This document shows positions 1 to 12,170 of a stretch of DNA of 64,000 bases, piece by piece. The stretch comes from Vicugna vicugna (taxonomy: Eukaryota): positions 186,001 through 250,000 of the forward strand of contig MU058463.1 of NCBI GenBank assembly GCA_013265495.1. Reading direction: 5' to 3'. Each line of letters begins with the position of its first letter. The first letter of the stretch is position 1. The position numbers and the translations under genes are program-made. The notes beneath the pieces are model-generated. The model was not told the DNA's origin. It saw only the letters and a program-made list of their open reading frames with translations, and did no database searches.

Positions 1-429
1 TTTAATGACAGTAATATTTTCTCATTTAGACAGCTTTCCAGAGAATAAAATTATATTTAAAATCAACATGGTATTGTATTGTACTGAGCATATTTGGAGT
101 GATTAGGCATAAATATTTACTATGAAAATAATATGCTCTATATTTATACCGTATAGTAGACTCAAATTTTAGTGGCATTAGGCTGAGGCAGCAGAGATAA
201 GAATGTATTCTTCCTGTAGGGTTATTTATTTTTGCCCTGGAATTTAGTAAATTTTGATGTTTTAATCATATCTTCCCAAGTTCCATATCCCTTAACTGTC
301 TTCACACTTCAGTTTCAGGATGTGTTCCAGCTACCATTGGGCTTAACAAATTACTTATCAGCTTAAAACAAAGACTTTGTAAAACTCACAAGTTTCTGAT
401 ATGCCCCGTCAGTACTTGAGCAATTCTTT

Positions 430-1165
430 GTTTCTGACACTATAAGGAGTTATAGGTTCACCTTCTATTGCTCCTATCCTAACTCCAGACAATGTCATTT
501 CCCTAAAGAATCATCGTTACTTTTAATGGAACCATGGTCCTAGGTGTGTTTATGGTTATAAATTTGAGGATCATTGATCCAAGGCTCTCTCTTGCACAGA
601 GACAGAAAACGCATGGATTTACACACAGAAACATATACATATATTAACACACATTTGCATCTATATTCATTTCTATAATTATCTATATGCAATGATAGAC
701 TATGAATTAACAATACTTCTCATTCCAATCCAATACCCTCTCAATGTTTTTTTCATTCTCATTTTTATCTTTTTCATATTTTAACACCCTACTGCAACCA
801 TGACCAGCCTACTCCATTTACACTCATGTTATTTAATTATTTGATAAATGTTCCTATAGTCAACAAGTCTACCATTACTGCTGCCACTCTCTCCTCCATG
901 TGAATAACTTTTGACTTCACTAGGGCTCTGACAAACACCTGGGCAACTGCCCACATTCCTCACCCTGGTTACCTGTCTCTGCCCGTCTGCCATCTAGATA
1001 ACTAGCCTCAACAGTGAGGACATCAATATTCCTTTTTATGACTTCTGCCCTCACAGATGTCCTCCTCATTCTTTAAGCAACTCCAGACACCACACTGCGT
1101 CGATTCTTCCTCACTCATCTTATATTCTGATCCTTCATGATTGGGCAACCCATATGTAAAAATGC
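430..1165 (-). mobile_element. Old L1 3' region fragment (L1MC/L1MD-like), interrupted by an LTR and resuming at about 2245-2450
   Basis: Resembles the antisense L1MC/MD 3' UTR (ttcaccttctattgctcc...ctaggtgtgttt...). Degenerate 'cctcctcac...ggctctgac' units occur on both sides of the 1168-2240 insertion. Confidence 0.55.
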
Positions 1166-1340
1166 TCTGTCAAGAAACGGGAAGGGTCTGAGAATTTACC
1201 TCACTTGCAAGCTAACAAAATTAACCTGCCATAGTTCTATGGATGTCGAGATAAGATGTATGATTCTTGGATATTACATGAAAGACTTCAAACACAGCAT
1301 GTCAGTAGCCAGAGTGTCAGCAAATATGTTGTAGTTCTTT

Positions 1341-1557
1341 ATGCCCCAAATCCCACAGGTAATATAGAGGGATGAGTAACAAATGCAAATGTAACAGATT
1401 ACTTTCCAAAGAGGAAACAAAGTCTGAAGGAGCAGTCCTGATTGAGCAAAGAGCAAACATTGTAGAAAATACAAACAAGCCAGCCCCTTACTCCTGCCTC
1501 CAAGGAGTAAGTGTTTAGAAGGTAGTCAGGCTGTGATCTGCTTGACTTAGTCCTATA
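1341..1557 (+). repeat. 217-bp direct repeat, copy 1
   Basis: Identical to 1924-2140 except T1392/C1975 and G1429/A2012. Confidence 0.97.
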
Positions 1558-1923
1558 AGAGCTAACATTATTGATTACTGTTATTGTTCCTCTAGGCTAA
1601 GATTTGTGTATTGGTAACTCAGGTAATTGTCGCTAATATCACTAACTTATGTAACTTGTGTATAGGTAACTCAGGTGATTGTCACTAAGATCACTAACTT
1701 GTGTGACCTGTATCTCTCTTTCCAGAAGCCCCTGTTCTTAATAACTCAATGGCATCAAGATGTTTTTCCGACTCCAAATGCACCTGCTGTTTTTCTAACA
1801 AAGGGGTGGCGGGACAGAGATTGTCTTTGCTCAATCAACCTTAGAGCCTGACGCCCCGCACTCTGGGAGTTTAGGCCCAGTTTCTGTGCTCGGCAGCCCT
1901 CAGGTCATGAGTGGCCCCCCGCA
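1558..1923 (+). mobile_element. 366-bp LTR-like fragment (5'-truncated, intact-looking CA 3' end; possibly ERVK/beta-like)
   Basis: Lies exactly between the duplicated copies. CpG-retaining 3' half ends ...gagtggccccccgCA; internal 2x52-bp tandem as in U3 enhancers; AATCAA (poly(A)-signal-like) at 1833-1838. Confidence 0.55.
1604..1707 (+). repeat. Two-copy 52-bp tandem repeat
   Basis: ttgtgtattggtaactcaggtaattgtcgctaatatcactaacttatgtaac / ttgtgtataggtaactcaggtgattgtcactaagatcactaacttgtgtgac. Confidence 0.92.
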
Positions 1924-2140
1924 ATGCCCCAAATCCCACAGGTAATATAGAGGGATGAGTAACAAATGCAAATGCAACAGATTACTTTCCAAAGAGGAAA
2001 CAAAGTCTGAAAGAGCAGTCCTGATTGAGCAAAGAGCAAACATTGTAGAAAATACAAACAAGCCAGCCCCTTACTCCTGCCTCCAAGGAGTAAGTGTTTA
2101 GAAGGTAGTCAGGCTGTGATCTGCTTGACTTAGTCCTATA
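1924..2140 (+). repeat. 217-bp direct repeat, copy 2
   Basis: Matches 1341-1557 with 2 substitutions. Confidence 0.97.
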
Positions 2141-2559
2141 TAACTAGCTCCAGAAACAATTTATCAGAAGATGGATAAAAGTTGTAGTCTGGAATAATCA
2201 GGATGAGTGTGCTATAAATTTCAGGCCCACGGTCTGCCACTGCCGATAAAGACCTTGAAGCTTGGATTCTGAAATTTCATACGAGCCTTGCCTCTGCAGA
2301 GTACCCTCCTTATCCTACTCGGACTCTGGCACATCATGCCAGGCCTTGCCTATGCTTGAGTACCCACCTTACCTAATGTGGGCTCTGGCCCCTTTCCAGT
2401 CAATTTACCGTTCTAAATGTATGCTTACCTTACTCTGCCCCAGCTCATGGCATTAGGACTGAAATTTTCAGGTACAGGTCAATAAAGGAAGTCAGGGTGA
2501 AGGAAGTGGTATATGTTAAGTGGTAAAAAGTTTGGGCATCATATATAGAATGGATAGGA

Positions 2560-2656
2560 AAACTAAGGAGGAGGGATAGGAAGAAGGAAAGGGATGGAAG
2601 AGAACGAAAGGGATGGAAGAGACAGGAAAGGAAAAGAGGAAGGGAGGAAGAGAAAG
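2560..2656. repeat. GA-rich low-complexity tract
   Basis: Purine-rich ggaaagggatggaagag units. Confidence 0.7.
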
Positions 2657-2777
2657 TGGAAATCATTATAGTTTACATTTGTTTACAAGGGAGCTCTGGG
2701 TATGGTTTTTGCATAATTTTGATTAACTACATTTATTCTTTCTTTCTCCCAATTTCTCTTATAGCCATTTTAGCTGG

Positions 2778-2846
2778 GTGTGTGTGTGTGTGTGTGTGTG
2801 CGTGTGTGTGTTTGTGTGTATTTGAGTGTGTTTGTGTGTGTGTGTG
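2778..2846. repeat. Interrupted (TG)n microsatellite
   Basis: Seen directly. Confidence 0.95.
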
Positions 2847-3256
2847 AAATTTCTGGAGTCTGTGAATGCTACCTTATTCCGGGAAAAAAGTCTTTCCAAT
2901 ATGCAGATAAGATTAAGTCAAGGATTTTGAGAAGATGATACTGGATAATCAAGGTGGGTTCTAAATGCCATAACAAATATCTTTATAAGACAGACAGACA
3001 GGGGAAGATTAGACATGCAGACAAGAAGGTGGAGTCTGAGACTGGAATGATGCAGCCAGAAATCAAGGAATGTCTGAATCTACCAGAAGTTGGAAGAGGC
3101 ATGAAAAATATTCTCCCCAAGAGCTTCCAGAGGAGTGTGGTACTGCCATCACTTTGATTTCATACTTCTGGCTTCCTAAACTGAGCGAATAAATATCTGT
3201 TGTGTAAGCCATTGTGTTTATGATAATTTGTTACAGTAGCCTTAGGAAACTAATAT
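2847..3256 (+). mobile_element. MaLR LTR (MLT1C/D-like)
   Basis: Typical MLT1 motifs: gattaagtcaaggattttgag, accagaagttggaagaggca, aataaatatctgttgtgtaagcca, tttgttacagtagccttaggaaactaata. Confidence 0.88.
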
Positions 3257-4137
3257 ATATTATAAGTCATTAATCAGTTATATATAATCATGTAGTATAT
3301 CTGTAAATATTTGAGTATTCATAGCTTCATGGAAAAATAAATTCTGCAGCATAGCAAAAATGTATTGTTTGGTAATTGTTATTAAGATTTATTAACTGAA
3401 ACCAGTGCTCAATTTTTCAAATTCCTAAAGGATGCTCAAGGCCGCCACTTTACTAGGCTTCTACTTTGAAAGAAATTTCACTAGTTTCTTCTTTGAAAGC
3501 TTCTCCTTCACTTGGCATGATGGATATGATTTGTCCTATTGAAAGATGAGTGATCCTCCTTTACACCAACAATTATACATGGTGACACAAAGAGCCATAT
3601 GTGAACATGATGGATTCCTTAACTCTTCTTATAGTAGTAGAAGACTATGGTTTGGCAAGAAATATACATCAAACTACAAATATACATAAAAGCTGTCTGG
3701 TGTTTGTGTACATGTATGCATGCATTCATATGTGTGTGTAGCTACTCTAAGATAGAAAATATTTTATCAGCTATAAATTCCAGGTTCTTAAGGCATGTTC
3801 AACCATCTAAGGTTGACTTCCAGTTGCAGCCAAAGTAGAGGAAAGAAAAACCCAATTTGATCTGTTCTAACTTGTGACATTAAAAAAATAAAATTAGCAA
3901 AAATATTATAAATTATTGATGGTTTCAACTTATTTGTCTTTTAAAATAATAGAATAGTCCAATATTTAAAAAAGAGACCATATTTTGAACACTTGTAAAA
4001 TAATCTGTTGGAGTCATTTATAATGCTGTACATTCTTAGAGTTCACTTAGATGAAAAATATATTAATCTTTCTAAGACACTGGGTAAGAAGCTTCTACCA
4101 TATATTCTTGAATGACATTCGATTTCACTCATATATT

Positions 4138-4500
4138 TATTTATTAATTCAACTGTTCATGCAGTCACAAATATTTATTAAGTAGATACCATGTATTGGA
4201 TGTTGTAATGAACACAGCAGGAAAATCTGAAAAAGACCCAAAACAGCTCCCCTTATAGTGATTATATTTTAAAGATGGAAGCAAACAACAAACAACATAC
4301 ATAGGTAAATTTCCTGAGATGTTAAACAATAAATCAAGAAGAGGAACACTAACTGTTGAAGTGGATACAGGCATGGAATTTTAACATGCCCAGAAAATCC
4401 TGCTTGAGAAGTTGAGTTTTGATTGAAGACCTGAAGGAAATGAGGAAGCAGATAACTATGAGTTGCCCGAGGGCAGAGCAATCTACAAGTGCAGTGTTGA
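4138..4500 (-). mobile_element. L2 3' end fragment
   Basis: acaaatatttattaagtagataccatgt...gagttttgattgaagacctgaagga resembles the antisense L2 3' end. Confidence 0.7.
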
Positions 4501-5009
4501 TGGATCTTGTATCCACATACTAGTTGTGACCTTTCTGAAATACAATTCAACTGTTTTCTTTTAATTATTGAATATTATCCTTCTCTGTTAAGGGAAAGTA
4601 CCAGCAAAGCTTTGGAAAGCCTTACTAATTACATTAGTTCTACCATAACATTAACCAAACCCTGATTTATTTTAAGTGCTAGTGATATATTTATATGTCC
4701 ATATTAAAATTAATACCTACTCTTACAGAAAATAGTGAACATAACATTTGAAATTTGAACGTAAGAACATCATTTTCATGATTATTTCCCAATCCTCTTT
4801 ACATATACATAGACCTTAAAATGCATTAATTTTTATGGGTATTAATAAGCTACTAGTAAAATACTAAAGATATTCAAGTGGAGAAAATTACTTCATTTTT
4901 TTCTCTGCATGATGCTAAAAAGATATAAAGATCTATGAAAATAAAGTACATAAGATGCGGGCAGAGGAGATGCTTTTGGCTCTTGTCTAAAGCTAGATTG
5001 TATTACTGT

Positions 5010-5195
5010 ATTTTTCTTTGTTCAAATTAAAGTATAGTTGAATTTGCAAAGTTGTGTTAGTTTCAGGTATACAGCAAAGTGATTCAATTATACATACATG
5101 TTCTTTTTCAGATTATTTTCTATTATTATTATTTCTAGAATATTGAATACATTTCCTCTGCTTTACAGCAAGTCCTTGTTATTTATATTTTTTAA
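5010..5195 (-). mobile_element. Cetartiodactyl-type L1 3' end, 5'-truncated
   Basis: aagtatagttga...gttgtgttagtttcaggtatacagcaaagtgattcaattatacatac; similar to the reverse complement of the element at 15546-15800. Confidence 0.85.
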
Positions 5196-6774
5196 TATAT
5201 TATATTACTGTATTTTATAATTTTATCTTCTTTTCACTTATAGGCTGGTATATCATTGAGTACTAAGACATTATTTTAACAATATACCAATGTATTATTT
5301 GTCTATTAAGTGAATATGATGATTCATTTTTTAACAATATTGATTTATCATATTTGTTTTTGGTATTTTAATCTGACATAGCTGATTTTTCTTTCTAGAG
5401 CCATTTTCCTTCAGGAAGCCCTATTCTTCCTCTGATTTCTTTTTAAGACTGAAAGACATTTTGGTTGTGAAATAAAAATGTATAGTAGAGCTTGAGAAAA
5501 TAGCTCTAATTCATTTAAATAACCTACTTAATTGTGAAAATTTCACTGTTGCAATTCCATTTAACACACATTTTCAACAGCAGTTTTTTATGGTTAAAAG
5601 ACAGATATTTTCTATAATTGTCCCCACATTTCATCTGCTTATAAAAACAAAATTCCTTATAAAACAAGTTTCATATACTTAGAAAATACTGCCATTTCTT
5701 TTTTCTTCTTCGTGTAAAATAATCCCTTAGAACCTGACTGTTTATATTCTTTGAGCACCAGATATATGACACTTTATTTACATAACAAAACACTCAAGAG
5801 AACTAGCCCTAGTGAGTTCACCACCAACTGGGTGACTAGTCCCAAGTTAAATAAAGGAACGTAGTATTTAGCTTATTATGTATGCATACACCAGCCTATG
5901 AAGATAGATGGAAAGCGGAGTCACCAGCAGTAATATGCAAGCCATCAGGACTCGTTCTCCACACTGATAATTTATTCAGCATGAAAGGAATAACCAAGGA
6001 AGTTAATCTTTAAAAATAGTTGAGTATAAACTGAAGTAAAACTGAAGCAGACATTCCTGACCACCTGATAGTAAATGAAAGATAAGAACAGGGAGCCCCA
6101 TTTCTGTAAGCTACAGGGGAATTAAAATCTCCAGGGATAAATTCTCCAGTTCTTGCCTACATACAGGGAAAATTTATACCTGTATTAACTCATAGGACTG
6201 TATAAAAAATGCACTCCTTATAAGTAAATACCGTGAGTTACAGACAATGCCAAATAAGCATCTTTCATCTTGACTTGTGTCCTACAGGCAATATTTCTAC
6301 CAAATTCTCTGGTTATATGGGAGACCCTCAAACTGGTAGAATATGGGAAGCAAGCATTCTACTATACCTTTAAGATAAATATTAGATGATTCTACTATGT
6401 CATTGGAGGAATGGAGAAAATAATCTAGAACAACACTGAGTCACGTAACCTATTTTAAATTAAAATCCACATGTCTTTTGAAGTAATATTTTGAGGATGC
6501 AGATGGGATCATCACATCCTTTCTGCTTGTCTTCATCTACATGTTGAGGAAATTCAATGGGTCCTGTCATTAGTATCTAAAGTTAGTACAACACCAAAAC
6601 ATCCATTCCAAAACTCAAAGGAAAGTTGTCTTTTTAACAATGTATTTTAAGTTGCATCATTAAACGGAAAAATCTCCCCACAAACAAATACCTGTTGTTT
6701 GAAATCCCTTAAACTATACATATTTTGGTTGTCCTGCAGGGATTTAAAAAATCATTTTATAGAGTTGCTTTCTA

Positions 6775-6920
6775 TATACTAGCTACTATCCATGAGATTC
6801 ATGGACCAAGACCATGTGCCTGGGTCTTTGTTAGAAATGCATAATTTAAGTCTCATCTTTGAATTATTGAGCATAAATTGACATTTTAGCAATATCTTTA
6901 GGTGATTTAAATAACACTGT
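6775..6920. mobile_element. Degenerate MER5-like hAT-Charlie DNA transposon
   Basis: cctgggtctttgttagaaatgcataat...acattttagcaatatctttaggtgatt resembles MER5A. Confidence 0.55.
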
Positions 6921-7729
6921 TTTAAAGAAAAATTAAACCTAATTCGTTTGACACATATAAATAACCTCTGTCTGTTATGTTCTTTTATGGCAAAGTTTAT
7001 TAAATGTTCCTAGTATGTGAAAATGTTAAGACAAAAAAAAAGTTTTAATAGGCATTATAGTTAAAAATCAAACACTTTTTAAAGCATTTTCTGAAGAATC
7101 TTGAAGAAGTGACTTTCTCATTTAATTACAACTTAAAAAAAGAAATACAATAAAACATTAATTAAATTCAAGTCAGTTGAGAGTGTAACCTCAAATTCCT
7201 TGAGTCTAGATGTAGCAAATCCAGTGCTGAGATGACAAACCCCAAACATTTCTTAAAACAAAATGTGCACATATGACACACATGTCATCTGGTGTTTGAC
7301 AAGAAAATTATTTTAAAAGACTGGATTGTACACTATATTGCTTGATTGTCACATCATGGCTGCTTTTGCTAAAACTCACACAACTGCTAAGAATTTTAAT
7401 ATGTATTATCTACTTGAGATAAAAGGTGCTATATTTGGCAAGTGAATAATAATATCAACATTCACAAAGTGTGAGCTTTGAAAATGAGCTATGTGAAAGA
7501 AAGGCAATCTCCCACCTCTATTTCATTCTGACAGAAAAATTTCAGCCAGATAATTTATTCTGGACAAATGTTTTATTTCCAAAGTAGGTTAATCAAGAAA
7601 TAATAGATTCAACATGGTTAAACTACTTTATTTAATGTCAACCAGCACTTGAAAGCCTTTGCATGTTTTTCGCTCTTAAAAAATTCATACTATACTTCAA
7701 TTAAAAAATTTAAAAAGACTATGCTTAAA

Positions 7730-7766
7730 TTAAAATAAATAAATAAATAAATAAAATTCAAATAAA
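7730..7766. repeat. (TAAA)n tract
   Basis: Seen directly. Confidence 0.85.
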
Positions 7767-8288
7767 GTCATCTGTTTTCCTCATTAGTATGGCCTGGTTT
7801 CTGCTGGTATAAATGATCAATAATTGATAACTCTTTATTCCTGGAACACTAGATGATCTACGACAGTTGCCCTGAGAGAAAATAAAATCTCTCTCTGTCT
7901 CTTTCACACAGACAAACCTTCCTAGAGGGCTCAGTTATACTGCATTCATAAGTTTGGTTCAAATCCAAAATAATATGATACCATATTTTCACTGTTTCAC
8001 TATAATTCCAAATGCTTGTACTGTTCTCTCCAATTACTAGACTATTAGACCATGTGTGGCTTACTGTCAGTTTGGCATTGGAGTAGGTAGATAGTTGGCT
8101 ATTTGTCTGAAATTATAAACTTTCTTTTTTTAGTGTGATAATGTCTGTAGAATATTGCATCAGTCTGTAAGATCTATCTGATTAATATTTGCTTTCATGT
8201 ATAGAAAAAAGTTTTGAAGTCCATGTTGATGCAAACAATAAATATTTAATGAATAACCTAAGACATTAGCTTTTAAAATCAGATAAGC

Positions 8289-8525
8289 GGGTGGGAAGGG
8301 ATAGACTGGGATTTCAAAATTGTAGAACAGATAAACAAGATTACACTGTATAGCACAGGGAAATATACACAAAATGTTATGATAAATCACAGAGAAAAAA
8401 ATGTGACAATGAGTGTGTATATGTCCATGAATGACTGAAAAATTGTGCTGAACACTGGAATTTGACACAACACTGTAAAATGATTATGAATCAATAAAAA
8501 TGTAAAAAAATAAAATAAAATAAAA
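8289..8525 (+). mobile_element. Young 5'-truncated L1 3' end with a perfect TSD
   Basis: L1 3' UTR motifs (ctgtatagcacagggaaatata), AATAAA and an A-rich tail. TSD taaaatcagataagc at 8274-8288 and 8526-8540; TTTT/AAAA endonuclease site at 8271-8278. Confidence 0.93.
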
Positions 8526-8787
8526 TAAAATCAGATAAGCAACATGGTAAATTATACATACTACACTAATCACACAAATAAGAAAAAAAGTCCAATAAAA
8601 TAATGTGAATGACAAAATAGAAAATAATTGAATCAAATGGCAAGATATTAATTCTAGCTACATTTTTATATCTCTGACCTTTGATATTAAAGAAAATGAC
8701 TTTATATACCCAATAACAATAATATATTGTGGGTTTAACAGGAACTAGACAATTTAAAAATTATTTTCAGTTACAAAAATTAAAGTA

Positions 8788-8890
8788 CATTATTGATATA
8801 TTTTAGACACAATAAATTACACATATTTTGAAAGCATTCAATTTAGTGTGTTTTGATATATGCATACACCTATGAAATCATCACCATACT
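8788..8890 (-). mobile_element. L1MB-like 3' end fragment
   Basis: ttattgatatattttagacacaataaattacacatatt...gttttgatatatgcatacacctatgaaatcatcacca. Confidence 0.7.
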
Positions 8891-9249
8891 AGATATACAC
8901 CTTTTTCTGAATTGTACATGTACAGTGTAGCATGTCGTTCTTGGAGAGTGACAATGGGGTTGAGTTCTATTCTGCTTTTATCCCTCCTCTTTATTGATGA
9001 CATCAGATACATAAGTTTATGTATTCTAGCTACCACTTTAACATAGTTTTTAAAAAGATGGCCTATGTAATACAGATAATAGTCCATTCTTCTTAAATTT
9101 TGCTGGCATAGTCTCTGCTCAGATGTTTACAGGGAGAAATTATTGAATATTTAGAGGCATGTAAATAATAAAATAGCAAATTCATAATTGTTGAATATAC
9201 AAAGTATTTTTGATTAAAAATATTCTCAAAGGAATTTTGAAAACAATTC

Positions 9250-9320
9250 TAAATCAAATTCCTCATTTCCACAGGTGAGCAAACCAATATTAAGTGATTA
9301 AGTAGCTTTTTTGAAAAGAT
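9250..9320 (-). mobile_element. MIR core fragment
   Basis: cctcatttccacaggtgagcaaacc...attaagtgattaagtagct. Confidence 0.45.
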
Positions 9321-10014
9321 AAGTATCTTTTTTTCTATAAGTAAATCAGACTAAAATACAACCTTTCTTATATTCACTTCAAGATATTTTGCATTAAGTT
9401 GCAAAGGCATATGTTGTAAAATTTTTAATCAGACAGAAGAATATTAATGGTGTTCTCTACTGTCTGAAATTTAGATGAACAGGGTTAAATGCCATCCAAT
9501 TTAGTTTAGTTTTTTCAACAGACATCTTTTCAGTGTCCTCATAGTCAAAGCATTATTAAGTAATCCAAAATATGTGAAAATATAAGTACTTATTTATTTT
9601 ATTTTAATATTAGCCATTTACTTTCTGAATCAGCTGATAGAATCCCCCTTCAAAACTAAATCTGTGGAAATGGAAACTGGAAGTTAACTAAGCATGAATG
9701 AGTTTTGGAAGAACAATCATTTAAGTGTTCTTCTCACTTGTATGTGACTATCTTCAAAATGATAACTCTTTTTCATAACAATGTAACTAGTTTGCTTATG
9801 CAATAGAAAAATAATGTGTTGTTAAGGTCACACATTTGATTTTGGTCATGTTCATTTGTTACTTTAAAATTCATTCTAAGACACAATTTTCTGTTTCATC
9901 ATCTCTTTATTTTCTCATTAAGACTTATTAATTAAAGTAATCAAGTAAAATATCTTCTATTTAGTTAAATTTGTTAGATAGAGAATAACTGCATCAAGAA
10001 AAGTAAGACATAGT

Positions 10015-10226
10015 TTTAAGATTCTATGTATATAGAATCCTACAAAATGCAAAATTACCTTTAGTGAGTGATTAATGCAGACAGAGTTTGCCTAGAATGG
10101 AGGGGAGGGGTGGTACAGAGAAGGGCAAGGAAGAATTATAAAAGGGGGTGAAGAAACTTTTAGAGGTCTATGTATGCTCCCTATCTTGCTTGAGGTGATT
10201 GGTTTCACAGGTATATACACATGTCA
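10015..10226 (+). mobile_element. L1MC/MD 3' UTR, 5' part (split by an LTR)
   Basis: gaaacttttagaggt...tatcttgcttgaggtgattggtttcacaggtatatacacatgtca; continues at 10781. Confidence 0.8.
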
Positions 10227-10780
10227 TTGGGACACTTATGCAGAAAATGTTGTATTTCTGCAATGAGGACTTTCTGAACAAAGAAAACCTGTGGTCGTGG
10301 TTAAAGAACAAGCTTTGGAAGTTAAGAGTGATTGAAGAGCCAAGAGACCCAGAAGGTTTATACCTTTTAAAAAAGGGTGAAATCCCAGGTTGTTAGTTGG
10401 GAGCCTGTCTTATTCCTTCACTGTAGACATTTGTCTACAGGACATGGGTTAAGAATATAGGGCCCTTTCTAGTCTCCTTCCAAAGGGAATCTGCTTAAAC
10501 TAGGGTAATTGGGTTTCTCTTCCTCACTCAGATGCTGAGGAGGACTGTTGTGCAAGCTGTCCTACGTAGGCATCCGGCTTCCTAATAGCAGAGTTCCTCT
10601 CATAGGGTCTGACCATAGACCTAAAAGCCTGTCAATCTGCCTTTCATCTCATCCCAGATGGGAAAGAATTGGAATAAAGGAGCAACAATGTGTTTACTGC
10701 TGAAATTAATAATAATCTGCCTTGGTCCTGACATTTGCTTTCATAAGAATATGAATACATGTAAGACATTAAAATTATCA
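10227..10780 (+). mobile_element. LTR-like insertion of about 550 bp nested in L1
   Basis: More GC-rich block that interrupts a collinear L1 3' UTR and ends in CA. Family not identified. Confidence 0.6.
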
Positions 10781-10858
10781 GTTCAAATTATCAAATGGTA
10801 CATTTTAAATAAGTGCAGCTTGTTGTATATCAATGATACTTTAATAAAAGTGTGGAAA
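10781..10858 (+). mobile_element. L1MC/MD 3' terminus
   Basis: ttatcaaatggtacattttaaataagtgcagcttgttgtatatcaatgatactttaataaaa. Confidence 0.8.
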
Positions 10859-11849
10859 AGTAAGTGATGACAAATTTGAGGGTAATTTGTTACTCAGGTT
10901 TTGGCCTGAGGAGAGAAAGTAGCAAACGTAAGCCAGTGCACTCTTCAACGCAAAGTAGCTAAAGCCGGTGAGCCCATGACACACCAGTGCTCTATCAGTG
11001 TTAATTTTTCTATTGTTTATAGAAAGTCCAGCTCTTTTTTGGCCTAAATTACTCTTATATTTCCTAGGTGCACTAGACCAAAAATCCTTGATAGGAAACT
11101 CATTGGTGAAAACAGAATGTTTGAAAAATCCAGTATCACTAATATAATCTGCTTTCCTTCTTTCCATTGGTAAATATGCTGCCCTGGATTTTGTAAACTA
11201 AACTATTTGAGAGTTGTCCTAGATACATGTAAATTATAACCATTTACATGTTTGCTCATTAGAAATTATTGAACTCATAAAACTTGCCAGGTAGGTACAT
11301 TGTCTGTAATACAGTTAAAAATGAAAAAAAAATTAGTTTTTCTATTTACTAGGCCTTCATAGTATATTGGAATGATGACAAAGTTAAATTATTCTTAGAA
11401 AAGAAACTCATAGAATAATAAATATTGGAGAATTATAAGGCCAATTCCCTACTTCATTTTGCAGGTATGGAAGGACCCCAATACATATCTTATGTATTTT
11501 CCTGTGTGAATGATATTGAAAAATAGCATTACAGTGAGAAGGCAGTTAGGGGTGATTGCAGGAACGGCTGAGCAGTATTTAGGAACTAGCCAAGATTAGA
11601 CAGGTTGCTACTTTACCCACAATAAGAGCACTAGAGTCATTCTTAAGTCAAAAGCCATATCTTATCCCCATATTATGTTGTTGTCATCTTTTTCAAAGAC
11701 TATTTGTTAACCCTTAATATATATTCCCTTTTATTCCACTATGATGGAAACCCTAAATATCATATGGGAACAGGAGAACCTGAAGTAATTAATCATTTCT
11801 AGTTCTTCTTTGAATTTCCTCAGTTCACATAATGAAATTTCAGTTTATA

Positions 11850-12170
11850 CGGTGGAAAGAGTGCTTTTCAGAAACTTCCTGACTATCTAGTATGCTACAT
11901 TTGACCTCTTAATTTTTTTCCCTTCTTCATTCCTGCTATCTGGAATACAGACATATTATTTTAGGATTAAAGAACAATCTTGGACAATGAGTCAGGAGTC
12001 ACAAGTTGAGCTTGTTTGAAAATAAAACAGAATAAGTTATTGTCTATGACAATCTTGGGTCACCATACCAGCTATAGACTACTCACATAGTTTTATGTGT
12101 GAAAGAAATACCCTTCTATGTAATATTTTGGATTTTGTATCATCATCAGCTCAACCTAATTTTAGCCAAC
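11850..12170 (+). mobile_element. MLT1 (I/J-like) 5' LTR
   Basis: ttcctgctatctggaatacagac...caatcttggacaatgag...agaaatacccttctatg...cagctcaacctaat. Confidence 0.65.

Larger units (their letters stand above)
1168..2240. mobile_element. Old ERV-type LTR carrying an internal 217-bp duplication and a younger insert
   Basis: Starts TG (tgtcaagaaacgggaagggtctgagaatttacctcacttgcaagctaacaaaattaacctgccatagt), resembling a recalled eutherian MER-class LTR. It splits the L1 fragment. Confidence 0.55.

Noticed and set aside
1341..2140. Complete mini LTR-retrotransposon (TRIM-like) with 217-bp LTRs
   Set aside because: The repeats lack TG...CA ends, PBS, PPT and an outer TSD, and are an internal slice of the older host LTR that continues on both sides.
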